27,494 nucleotides of DNA from Octopus sinensis (GCF_006345805.1 NW_021827580.1:1-27494); one strand, 5' to 3'; shown: positions 1 to 10,129, counted from the stretch's first letter. A program made the numbers and translations. The notes: generated by a model from the letters alone, not told the origin.

Positions 1-497
1 ATCGTCATCGTCATCGTCGTAACAGTGTCGCTGTCCTTCTTGTCGTCATCGCCACCAACACCACCACCAACGCCACCACCCTTACCACAAGCTCTACCAC
101 CACCATCACCATCACTACCAACAACATCAGCATCAAAAACCCCCCGCCTTCATCATTACCACTACAATCGCCACCAACTACATCATCTTAACAACCGTCT
201 TCCCCCGTTATCTTCATCACTATCATCATCAATCTGATTGATGATGACCACCATCACCACCACTCTTTGCACTACAACCTCAGCCACTACCAAGACTACC
301 ACTATCACCACCACCACCACCACCACCAACAGCAACAACATAAAAGCCAGCAAAATCACCTCCACCCACTAACAACGCCTCTACCACCACCACCGCCGCC
401 GCCGCCACCACCACCACCATTTCTACTGCAACCACCGATTCCATTCCTCCACCGCTACCACCATTTCTAATACAACCACCGATTCCATTCCTCCACC
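1..497. repeat. CAC/CAT/CCG trinucleotide low-complexity tract ending in a ~44-bp direct duplication
   Basis: Degenerate (CCA)n/(CAT)n runs. ccaccatttcta..caaccaccgattccattcctccacc occurs at ~414-453 and ~458-497. The Pro/His/Val-rich ORFs here are repeat artefacts. Confidence 0.9.
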
Positions 498-1064
498 ATT
501 ATTGGCGTTCGTTATTTTCAAAGCAGGAATAGCGAAAAATGTTTAAAAGCTTTGACCAAACGCAAAACCAGGAAGAGATGCTAATTGCATGCTGAGACAG
601 ATCTTTGAAGAGTTGTCAGGAATTATCTTACGTTTGTCATTTAATCAAAGAAATTCATTGGTTACATAATTCCAGCACCATTTTTTTTTTTGTCTCTATC
701 TTCATTGTCTATCGATCGCTACTTAGCACTTTTACCATTTACGTAGAACAAAATGATAGACATCTCACGTATCTTTTCTTGCTGTCAGTATCTATGAATC
801 ATTAATTTATCACGGCACCGCTGTGTCTTCCGATAGATTCTTAAGCATGGTTTTTCGAAGGACGCCTTTGATTCATCCTCTCATAGCAGAAGAGAGGCTC
901 GAAACACCTATAGAGCTACTTCACTGCCTGATAAGCATCCGACTCTTGCATTCGGAGACGGAGTGCAGTCGCCCTACACAAGTAGTCGCCATCTTGAGAA
1001 GGACACTAGTAGTTCATCCTCCCATAGCGACGAGTTATTTTTGCAAACACGATATATCGAGTTC

Positions 1065-1129
1065 GATAACACCTCCAATCAGTTAAGATCAGAAGCCATG
1101 AGAGCCACTGCCTGGTACTGCATCAGGGC
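1065..1129 (-). mobile_element. Terminal fragment of a TAA-flanked repeat, probably the same family as 14087-14566
   Basis: Minus strand reads (AAT)n-a-GCCCTGATGC-agtaccagg...; 14087 also starts with GCCCTGATGC directly after (AAT)n. In-window overlap is only 10 bp; family membership of the rest relies on my recollection of an octopus repeat. Confidence 0.45.
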
Positions 1130-1436
1130 TATTATTATTTTTTTTCATTTTATTATTATCATTATTATTATTATATTATTATTATCATCATCATCATCAT
1201 TATTATTATTATTATTATTATTATATATTATTATTATTATTATATTATTATTATATTATCTTATCATCATCATCATCATCATTATTATTATTATTATTAT
1301 CATTAGTATATTATATTATTATTATTATATTATTATTATCATTATTATTATTATTATATTTTTATTATTATCATTATTATTATTATTATCATTATATATT
1401 ATTATCATTATATTAGTTTATATCTATTATTATATT

Positions 1437-1467
<31 letters not shown>

Positions 1468-1473
1468 TATATG

Positions 1474-1519
<46 letters not shown>

Positions 1520-1555
1520 TATTATTATTATTATTATTTATTATTATTATTATTA
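1130..1555. repeat. Imperfect (ATT)n/(CAT)n microsatellite
   Basis: Direct reading; produces the poly-Ile/Tyr tail of ORF 963-1556. Confidence 0.95.
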
Positions 1556-1770
1556 AGGAGGCGAGCTAGCAGACTCATTAGCAGCAGGGTGAAATGCTGC
1601 TTTCGTCTTGCCGTTACGTTCTGACTTCAAATTCCGCCAAGGTCGACTTTGCCTTTCATCCTTTCGGGGTTGATAAAATAAGTACCAGTTGAACACTGGG
1701 GTCAGTGTAATCGACTTACCACCTTACTTCGAAATTTCTGGCTTTGTGCCAAAAGTTAAAATCATTATTA
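1556..1770 (+). mobile_element. tRNA-derived SINE, family A, tail type 1
   Basis: Head ggcgagctagcaga, B-box-like gacttcaaattcc, core gtcgactttgcctttcatcctttcggggttgataaaataagtaccag, tail gaaatttctggctttgtgccaaaa. Homologous to 11287-11742 and 26520-26735. Confidence 0.9.
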
Positions 1771-1782
1771 CTTAACTCGTTT

Positions 1783-2162
1783 CACTCCGTCGGTTGCGAC
1801 GACGAGGGTTCCAGTTGATCCGATCGACGGAACAGCATGCGCATGAAGTTATCGTGCCACTGGCTGAGCACTCCACAGACACGTGTAGCCCTTAATGTAG
1901 TTCTAAGGGAAATTCAGAGTGACACAGAGTGTGACAAGGCTGGCCCCTTTGAAATACAGGTACAACAGAAACAAGAAGAAAAGTGAGAGAAAGTTGTGGT
2001 GAAAGAATTCAGCAGGGTTCGCCACCACCCACTGCCGGGGCCTCGAGGAGCTTTAGGCGTTTTCGCGCAATAAACATTCACAACTCCCAGTCATGGAATC
2101 GAAACCGTGATCCTGCGATCGCAAGTCTGCCCGCCCTAACCACTGAGCCATTGTGCCTCTAC
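1783..2162 (-). mobile_element. tRNA-derived SINE, family B, near full length
   Basis: Minus strand A-box TGGCTCAGTGG and B-box GGTTTCGATTCC; colinear with 18958-19339. Confidence 0.9.
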
Positions 2163-2374
2163 ATTACCTAACCAGATAATTAACTAACCAATTAAATAAT
2201 CAATTGCTTGCTTGGCAGTTCGTTCAATTAATTAATCAACTAATTTGTCAGACATCTTCCGCTGCAATTCGCTGCGTCTTCCGAGACATGCTCTCCTTGC
2301 TCAAAGTCAGTCTGTTTGTCTCTAAACTTTGTTACAAAATCGATACGTTTTATACTTTTGGCTGAGGCCGAGTG

Positions 2375-2625
2375 AACGAGCGAGAGAAAGAGAGAGAGAG
2401 AGTGAGTGAGGGAATGAATGAGTGAGTGAGGGATTGAGGGAGTGAGGGAGTGAATGAGTGAGTGCGCGCGCATGGCAGCACATATGTAGTGTGTTATTTT
2501 TTGCGTATATATATATATTTGTATATATATATATATATGTATATGTACATATGCATTTTTACGTGTGCGCTCTGTATGTGTATGTGTATATATGTGTGCT
2601 TGTATGTGTGTGCATGTGAGCATGA
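2375..2625. repeat. Compound GA/GAGT/TA/TG microsatellite
   Basis: Direct reading. Confidence 0.85.
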
Positions 2626-2802
2626 GTTGTGCATAGCCTAATATGGAAGATGTTAATATTCGCATATTAATTACTTGCAGCTTAATTAGAAACATTGCCC
2701 TGAAATCAGTTTCCTTACTCCTAATGAATCGGAAAAGTTAATTGAAAATGAGATGGAAAATAGATTGCTAACGGGCAATTTTCTTTTTCTTTTTTGAGCG
2801 TT

Positions 2803-2804
<2 letters not shown>

Positions 2805-2857
<53 letters not shown>

Positions 2858-2915
2858 ACACACACACACATACACACACACACACACACACGCACACACA
2901 CGCACCCACGCATAC
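2805..2915. repeat. (CA)n microsatellite
   Basis: Direct reading. Confidence 0.95.
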
Positions 2916-3386
2916 ACATCTTAAACTTACAGAAGACACTTCGCATTATAACATTTATGAGCGAAGACATTTCCTTGTCCTTTAAACTTGTTAATGTATA
3001 ATTTCCCATTTCAAATAGTAGTTCATTAATTATCTATAGCATCTGGCCCTGCGGCGAATACCAGAAGCAAAATAGTTGTCTGTTTTTGAAAAATGGCGTA
3101 ATGAAGGTGGACTTAGCCAGCGTAAGAATGGACTAAATCTTAGGGTTCTTATCGTTACAGTCAACAGAGTGATTGTAGAATTCACCAGCAAATGAAAGGA
3201 AAGTATCCCGCTCGGGTGGATTTGGGGCCCCTGAAAGGGATCTTTTTGCCTGTTAAGTGGATTATTATTGAAAATATTCGCCGTTTTAAGGATGGTGATG
3301 CTTCAGAGAAACTCCGAATGAGTCTGAGTGCTTTCGTGAGGTTTCTCCATCAATTTGGCTTCTATGGCGGAACAGCTAGAAGAGTA

Positions 3387-4558
3387 CCGTATTTGACGGC
3401 ATATAGGACGCACTTTTTTCAAAAAAATTTGGCTCAAAAAATCGCCCTGCGTCTAATATGCGAAGTCAAGACCCTCCTGTAGGCTAATCTTCTCCCTGAC
3501 GCTCACTAACCTAGCTTACGATAAGTATTTCTACCTACGCTAACGCCTTAATGATATTTTCCGTACACATGCATCATTATTTTATTGCTATTATTATTAT
3601 TATTATTATTACCAGTATTATTACTTTAAAATACGAATTATCGTAAAAATCAAAGCAATCTACCGTAAATTGTTAGGCTGCGATCCATGACACACGTTTA
3701 CTAATATCAGCTGATCGGAACCCTAACTCGATGCCATCTGACGGTGAGGAGTAAAACTACGGAATGCACATGATCGTTGCGAGTTCGTGTATATACGGAG
3801 GTAGGTTGGATATCTTGGTACAACAAGTTTATGATCATAACAAAACACACTACAACTGTACAAGCACCCTCACGGCTATGGCAGCAAAAAGATCAAGCTA
3901 CAAAATCTCCTACAAACTACGAGTGCTAGATATGCCAAGGAGCATGGAAATAGAGCAGCAGAAGGGTTTTTGGGCCACCACCTACAGAAAAATTATACGT
4001 GTCTGCGACAGCAAGAAGAGCAGCTGATGAGAGCACAGAAAGGTAACATAACCTTCGTTGCCCACGCCCCACATTGGCCAGAACTTGAGGATGATATAAA
4101 AACGTGGATGCTTGATGAGAGAAACTCAGGGAGAGTGTAATCTACCAAAATGATAATTCATGAGGCCATGAGAGTAGCAGAACAACGAGGGATACAGAAC
4201 TTTGCAGGAACAGAAGGTTGGTGTTACAGATTTGTGAAACGGAAGGGTTTATCAATACGTACAAAAACATCCATTGCACAAAAAATGCCTGCTGATTATG
4301 AAGAAAAAATATTAGAAGACTTTTCTGGTGTAGAAGATGATGAAGAGTTTTCTGGTTAAAAAGATGATTAAAGATGATTACTATTGTAATTAGTATGCTT
4401 TCCTTTTGTATGCTTGCTTTTATACAGCAATGTTTTCTGCTTTTGTAATGTGCTGCTAGACTGCTTTCAACAATATATGCTTAAATACACTTGAAACTTT
4501 TTTCTCCTGAATTTGACCTGCTGAAAAGATGGTGCGTCTAATATGCCATCAAATACGG
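3387..4558 (+). mobile_element. Non-autonomous pogo-type (Passer/POGK-like) DNA transposon, internal deletion derivative
   Basis: TIRs 3387-3413 CCGTATTTGACGGCATATAGGACGCAC and 4532-4558 (reverse complement CCGTATTTGATGGCATATTAGACGCAC) match at 24/27. TA flanks at 3385-3386 and 4559-4560. Subterminal copy of tgcgtctaatatgc at 3448-3461. Confidence 0.92.
3878..4359 (+). pseudogene. pogo transposase relic: Brinker-like DBD plus CENP-B-type HTH, DDD catalytic domain deleted
   Basis: Frameshift-corrected reading MAAKRSSYKISYKLRVL-YAKEHGNRAAE...RQQEEQLM...WPELEDDIKTWMLDERNSGRV*STKMIIHEAMRVAEQRGIQNFAGTEGWCYRFVKRKGLSIRTKTSIAQKMPADYEEKIL, then a direct jump to an acidic C-terminus EDFSGVEDDEEFSG. 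In-frame stop at 4138-4140. Confidence 0.88.
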
Positions 4559-4586
4559 TAACTACTTTAATGAACAAATATATATA

Positions 4587-4741
4587 TACTCTTTACTCTT
4601 TACTCTTTTACTCTTTTACTTGTTTCAGTCATTTGACTGCGGCCATGCTGGAGCACCGCCTTTAATCGAGTAACTCGACCCTGGGACTTATTCTTTGTAA
4701 GCCCAGTACTTATTCTATCGGTCTCTTTTGCCGAACCGCTA
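4587..4741 (-). mobile_element. SINE family C, 3' fragment
   Basis: Matches the 3' end of the full copy at 20160-20580, including the (TAAAAGAG)n tail. Confidence 0.9.
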
Positions 4742-4848
4742 TGTATATATATTAATAATAATGGTAAAACAACAAAAGAATGAAAGAGACCTTGATATTA
4801 TGTAAATAGAGGAATTTATCAGTAATATAATATGTGACAATTATTCGG

Positions 4849-4923
4849 TTGCCATAATAAAACTCTGAGTTTCGGATGTCGGGGCGGAAATCTGCTCCGG
4901 CATCTCGTCAGTTATTAAAACAA
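4849..4923 (-). ncRNA. Type I minimal hammerhead ribozyme (predicted)
   Basis: Minus strand TAATAA-CTGACGA-[long stem II GATG..CATC plus 1-nt bulge]-GAAA-CTC-A-GAG-T-T-TTATTA. Intact core, palindromic stem III, 6-bp stem I extendable to 11 of 12 pairs, GUU cleavage triplet. Confidence 0.75.
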
Positions 4924-4987
4924 ACAAAAATGCTGTGAAAATGACCGTTAAACAAAGGGAAATTACTATGTAAATGACCGTTATTAA

Positions 4988-5100
4988 GATATATATATGT
5001 GTGTGTGTCTGTTTGTGTGTGTGTGTATGTGTGTGTGTATGTGTGCGTGTGTGTGTGTGTATGTGTGTGTGTGTGTGTGTGTGTATGTGTGTGTGTGTGT
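4988..5100. repeat. (TG)n microsatellite
   Basis: Direct reading. Confidence 0.95.
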
Positions 5101-5217
5101 GGAGGCGCAAAAGCAGCGAACTCGCGGTCGTAGGATCGCGCTTTCGATTGCCAGACCGGGCGTTGTGAGTGTTTATTGAGCGAAAACACTTAAGCTCCAC
5201 GAGGCTCCGGCAGTGGG
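5101..5217 (+). mobile_element. SINE family B, 5' fragment with A-box deleted
   Basis: ggtcgtaggatcgcgctttcgattgccagaccgggcgttgtgagtgtttattgagcgaaaacac matches the reverse complement of the heads at 16480-16580 and 19230-19339. Confidence 0.85.
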
Positions 5218-5230
5218 TCTTTATATATAT

Positions 5231-5400
5231 ATATACGACGGGCTTCTTTCAGTTTCCATCTACCGAATCCACTCACAAGGCTTTGGTCGACCCGCGGCTA
5301 TTGTAGAAGACACTTGCCCAACATCCTATGGAGTGGGACTGAACCCGGAACCATGTGGTTGGGAGGCAAGCTTCTCACCACACAGCCACGACTGCACCTA
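5231..5400 (-). mobile_element. SINE family C, 5' fragment
   Basis: Reverse complement matches 20160-20330 (head, GGTTCAGTCCC B-box, GAAACTGAAAGAAGCCCGTCGTAT). Confidence 0.9.
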
Positions 5401-5715
5401 TGGTTGTTCAGCATTTTAGAGAAAAGACAGAGATTGTTATTACTTACAGTTTAACTTGTTTTGGGGAGGTACTTTTTATTTTAGCTATTGGGTCTTAACT
5501 ACGGACGAAATTCCCAAGCCATTTTCGCTATCTTCTCTCAGGCCAGAAGAGATTAGCTTTATCCCAAGGATTTAAAATTAATATTTAAAGAAAATAATGA
5601 GACGTTGCTGAATACAAGAATGGTGTTTATTTTTCGGTGCTTTGAGGATATTGTCACTCCGTTCTCAATTCCAATCTCAATATTGAAAGACATTTAATCA
5701 GTATACAAATGCAAA

Positions 5716-6022
5716 CGTGACTGAGTGGTTAAGAAGCTCACTTTGCAACGTCGTGGTTTCATGTTCAGTCCCACTGCACAGCACCTTGAGAAGTGTTTTT
5801 TTTTTACTATAACCTCGGACCGACTAATGACTTGTGACTAAATATGGTGGATGGAAACTATATGGAAGCCCGTGGTATATACATGCATGCTCACATATAT
5901 AAGTGTGTATATGTATGAATGTATGTAAACGCGTTTGAGTTAAATTGGTGGACGAAAACTGTGTGGAATCCCTTTGTATATATCGATGTGTGTGTGTGTA
6001 TGTGTGTTTGTGTGTGTGTGTG

Positions 6023-6071
<49 letters not shown>

Positions 6072-6276
6072 TTCCTTCGCCGTTTTTCCCACGGTTTGTT
6101 TACGTCCCCGTAACTTAGCGATTCAGCAGGAAAAAAAACTGACAGAACAAGTACCCGACTATAAAAGATATAAATACCAGAATCGATCTTTTTTTCCGAC
6201 ATTTCCAGACCCTTGAACACCTTTGGAGACAGTTCCCCATCACCGTTGTGATCCGATGACTGAAACACGTAAAAGA
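5716..6276 (+). mobile_element. Diverged SINE family C copy with expanded internal (TG)n
   Basis: Head cgtgactgagtggttaagaag, catgttcagtcccactgc, middle gtttacgtccccgtaacttagcg, end gatgactgaaacacgtaaaag; all colinear with 20160-20580. Confidence 0.75.
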
Positions 6277-6365
6277 TCACTTTTCACTACTTAACGAAAA
6301 CCAAATATTTATAAAAACAGGAAATTAATGAACGCCACTAAAACACATCATTTTTCAAGAATTCT

Positions 6366-6535
6366 TCAGCTTTCCACAGGTAAAATGGGCGGCGGGGGAT
6401 AGCTATTCTTGCTTATTAAATGATTATATTCATCATTGGATTCTTCCAAAGCCAATTTGCTTTGGAGCTTTTCCTTAGGAATGGTTTCAAGTGTGTCCAA
6501 ATATATTGATTCTTCGGCAATAATTCTTTGAGAGC
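6366..6535 (-). CDS. Possible terminal coding exon of an unknown gene
   Basis: Acceptor-like ttcttgccttag at 6547-6536, followed by SQRIIAEESIYLDTLETIPKEKLQSKLALEESNDEYNHLISKNSYPPPPILPVES*. Protein-like composition, but no homolog recognised and no partner exon found. Confidence 0.25.
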
Positions 6536-6644
6536 CTAAGGCAAGAATTCAATTCGATATATGCACCTACATCCTATACAATTAGCGTTGCATCAGTCTT
6601 TTGTGAGCCGTCCTTAAGGTTTGGATGCAATCATTGCAAATATT

Positions 6645-8185
6645 GGTGGTGGTGGTGGTGGTGGTGGTGGTGGTGGTGGTGGTGGTTGTGGTGGTGGTGG
6701 TGGTGGTGGTGGTGGTGGTGGTGGTGGTGGTGGTGGTGGTGGTGGTGGAAGTGGTGATTGTTGTGGTGGTTGTGATGGTGGTGGAAGTGGTCATGGTTGT
6801 GGTGGTGGTAGTGGTGGTGGTGGAAGTGGTGGTGGTTGTGGTGGTGGTGGTCATCGGAGTCGAGGTGTTTGAAGGCTTGGTAGTGGTATTGGTGTAAAGG
6901 AGGTGATGAGATTGGTGGTGGTGGTGGTGGTAGTAGTGGTGGTGGTGGTGGTGGTGGTGGTGGTGGTGGTGGTGGTGGTGGTGGTGGTGGTGGTGGTGGT
7001 GGTGGAGTAGGAGGAGGAGGTGGTGGTGATGTTTGAAGAATTGATATTGGTGATGGAATAATGGCGCTGGTTATGGTAGTGATGGTGTTGGTGTGTGGGG
7101 TGGTATTTTATATGAAAGTGGTAGTGCCGGAAATTATGTTGCTGTTGTTATAGTTGTTGTTATTGTTATAGTTGTTGGTGGTGGTGGGGGTGAGGGGGAT
7201 GGTGTTAACTATGTAATGGCGGTGGTGGTCTGGGTTGAGAATGAGTGGTAATGTTAATAGTTGTGGTGGTGGTGGTGGTGGTACTTGAGATCGTGATAGT
7301 AATGCAGAAGAATTGGCATTAAGGCGGTGTTTGGGGTGGTGGGGGTGATGATCGCCACCACTACCACCACCACTACTGCCGCTGCTACAACCACCACTAC
7401 CACCATTACTATCGCCTATTCCACCACCACTACCATCACCATACCACCATCATAATTACCACCACTACCTCCATCACCACCACCATCACAACTACCACTA
7501 CCACCACCATCGCTGCCGCCACCCCCACCATCGCCTCCTCCACTATCACTGGTGGTGCGGGTGCTGCTGCTGGTAATGGTGTTGGTGGTTGGATTCATGC
7601 AGTCGTGATGGTGTAATGGCGGGGAGGTGATGGTAGTGATGGTAGTGGTGGTGAGGATTGTAGTGATGGCTGTGGTATTGTTGGTGATGGTGGTGGTGGT
7701 GGGCATAGTGTTGCTGCTGTTGTTTTTATTGTTGTTGTTGATGGTGGTGGTGGTCGTGGCGTTGGCGTTGGTCATCCTGTTCGTCGTCGTGGTATTGGTG
7801 GTAGCTGCGATGGTGGGGACATTTGGGATAACGATGGTGCTGGTGGTAAGAGGTGGTAGTAGAAATAGCTATGATGGCGGTGACGACGGTGAATGAGGTG
7901 ATAGCAGCGTAGGAGAAGGATATGGCGGCGGTGGTGGCGGTGGCAGTGGTGGCGGTAGTGGCGGCGGTTGTTGTTTTTGTTGTGGTGGTAGTGGTAGTGG
8001 TGCTGGCAGTGGTGGCGGCAGCGTTGATGATGGTGGTGGTATGGCGTCAGCGGTGGTGGCGGCAGCGGTGGTGGTGGTGGTGGTGGTGGTGGTGGTGGTG
8101 GTGGTGGTGGTGGTGGTGGTGGTGGCGGTGGTGATGGCGGCGGCGGCGATGGCGGTAGCGATGGTGGTGGCGATGGTGGTGGTTG
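6645..8185. repeat. Large GGT/GGC/GTT low-complexity tract with an internal opposite-polarity CAC block at ~7353-7550
   Basis: Direct reading; poly-Gly/Val/Thr/Pro ORFs here are artefacts. Confidence 0.95.
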
Positions 8186-8344
8186 AACTAACATTGTATG
8201 TTATAATCTGTTTGGACAAACATTGAAACATCGAAGCGATGTCTTTTAATCAATGGCAAGACATTCGAACACAAGCCATTCCCATCGAGTTTATGGCAAT
8301 TTAAAGGTTCTGTGTCACTGAGTTAATCGTTCAACCACTCCATG

Positions 8345-8989
8345 GCTACATACATACATACATACATACATACATACATACACACATACATACATACATG
8401 CATAAATGCATACATACATACATACATGCATGCATACATACATACATACATACATGCATGCATACATACATACATACATACACACATACATACATGCATG
8501 CATACATACATACATACTACATACATGCATGCATGCATACATACATCCATACATACATACATGCATGCATACATGCATACATACACACATACATACATGC
8601 ATGCATACATACATACACACATACATACATGTATGCATACATACATACATACACACATACTTACATACATGCCTGCATACATACATGCATGCATGCATAC
8701 ATACATGCATGCATACATACATGCATGCATATATACATACATACATGCATGCATACATACATACATACATACATACATGCATGCATGCATGCATACATAC
8801 ATCCATACATACATACATACATGCATGCATACATGCATACATACATACATACATACATACATACATACATACACACATACATACATGCCTGCATACATAC
8901 ACACATACATACATACATACATACATGCATACATACATACGTGCCTGCATACATACACACATACATACATACATACATGTATGCATGCA

Positions 8990-9020
<31 letters not shown>
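8345..9020. repeat. (ATAC)n/(ATGC)n tetranucleotide array
   Basis: Direct reading; source of the MYVC/HTYI ORFs. Confidence 0.97.
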
Positions 9021-9249
9021 GTGGTATCATATCCGTTCGGTAACATCTTTCAGCCACCAAGTCTCGAAGTGCATTCCTTGACCAAGTTTACATACATTAT
9101 GCTGATAACATCATAATACTTGGAAGGCAGCCCCTTGGGCAACATTCCTTGTCTTATAACCTTAGATACATATCCAAAGAAACCGCACGGCTCTACCGCA
9201 ACGTATATATATATATATATATATATATATCAATGGAAATTGTAGCTGT

Positions 9250-9577
9250 GATACCAGTGCCGGTGGCACATAAGAGAACCATCCGAACGTGGCCATTGCC
9301 AGCCCCGCCCCGACTGCCTCCGTGCCAGTGGCACGTAAAAAGCACCATCCGATCGTGGCCGTTTGCCAGCCTCGCCTGGCCTCTGTGCCGGTGGCACGTA
9401 AAAAGCACCCACTACACTCATGGAGTGATTGGCGTTAGGAAGGGCATCCAGCCGTAGAAACATTGCCAGATCTGACTGGGCCTGGTGCAGCCTTCTGGCT
9501 TCCCATACCCCAGTTGAACCGTCCAACCCATGCCAGCATGGAAAGCGGATGCTAAACGATGATGATGATGATGATGA
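9250..9577 (+). mobile_element. SINE-like element D (headless) with triplicated ~64-bp unit and RTE-like (GAT)n tail
   Basis: Units start at 9257, 9322 and 9385 (GTGCC(G/A)GTGGCAC); box ggcgttaggaagggcatccagccgtagaaac; 3' end gaaccgtccaacccatgccagcatggaaagcggatgctaaac(gat)n. Confidence 0.8.
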
Positions 9578-9685
9578 TATATATATATAATCTATATATA
9601 TATATATATATCGTCGGTAAATCATAAATCCGAAAAAGAACCACACTCTAAGTTAGAGAGTAGTAGAGTATATAAAAATAGATAT

Positions 9686-9769
9686 GGCCGTTCTTTGGGG
9701 TTACCCTGGTTTCACGTCGATAAAGTGCTTAGCTTTACGGCGTTTCTTCAGACCCTAAACCTGTTGGCC
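9686..9769 (-). ncRNA. Type I hammerhead ribozyme (predicted)
   Basis: Minus strand TTTAGGGT-CTGAAGA-A-[ACG..TAAAG/CTTTA..CGT]-GAAA-C-CAGG-GT-A-ACCCCAAA. Stem I 7/8, distal GGCC/GGCC helix, GUA triplet; one extra A before stem II. Confidence 0.62.
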
Positions 9770-10129
9770 TGTATGGTATGTATAGATAAATGTGTGTGCA
9801 TGTATATCTAGGAATGCGATTTATACAGCGTTTTATCTCTTCTCAAACTACTCTGTGTAACGAGCTGACTGTTTGCAAATAAAATATTAATCGGTAATCG
9901 AACATTCCAGAAAGAACTGAATTATTTCATTCTATATAAGAAGCGATCTGTCATATTTGAAGTCGGTTTAATATGCACCATGAACGAAACTCTTGGCCCT
10001 CGAGTCACTTCTGGAAAAACATTCTAACGGTTAAAAATATAAGGCATGACTCTTCGTACTCTTTCATAGAGTTGTAGTTCCCCTGTGTGTACTTTCAATT
10101 ATATACATGTGGTAATGGGGGCGGGGGCT

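Noticed and set aside
887-920. CAGAAGA-GAG-G-CTC-GAAAC hammerhead-like string
   Set aside because: Core U4 is mutated, the stem II loop is only 1 nt, and there is no NUH triplet.
2170-2780. TAAT-rich clusters and a minus-strand TATAAAA (~2350-2358) followed by ATG-SRKTQRIAAEDV-stop
   Set aside because: Such motifs are expected by chance in AT-rich DNA; no independent support for a promoter or enhancer without conservation data.
3160-3385. Open frame after an acceptor-like site (MKGKYPARVDLG...) and a hairpin at ~3296-3352
   Set aside because: No recognisable homology; the frame runs into the pogo TIR and does not resume after it.
4023-4042. CTGATGA...GAAA inside the pogo ORF
   Set aside because: No stem II, III or I pairing; coincidental coding sequence.
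4587-5400. Two SINE C fragments as one element split by inserts
   Set aside because: The central SINE segment is missing and no TSD brackets the intervening sequence; it cannot be distinguished from two independent fragments.
6582-6645. ICNDCIQTLRTAHK resembling a ZAD zinc-finger half motif
   Set aside because: Only one CxxC, fused to a poly-Thr repeat frame; likely chance.
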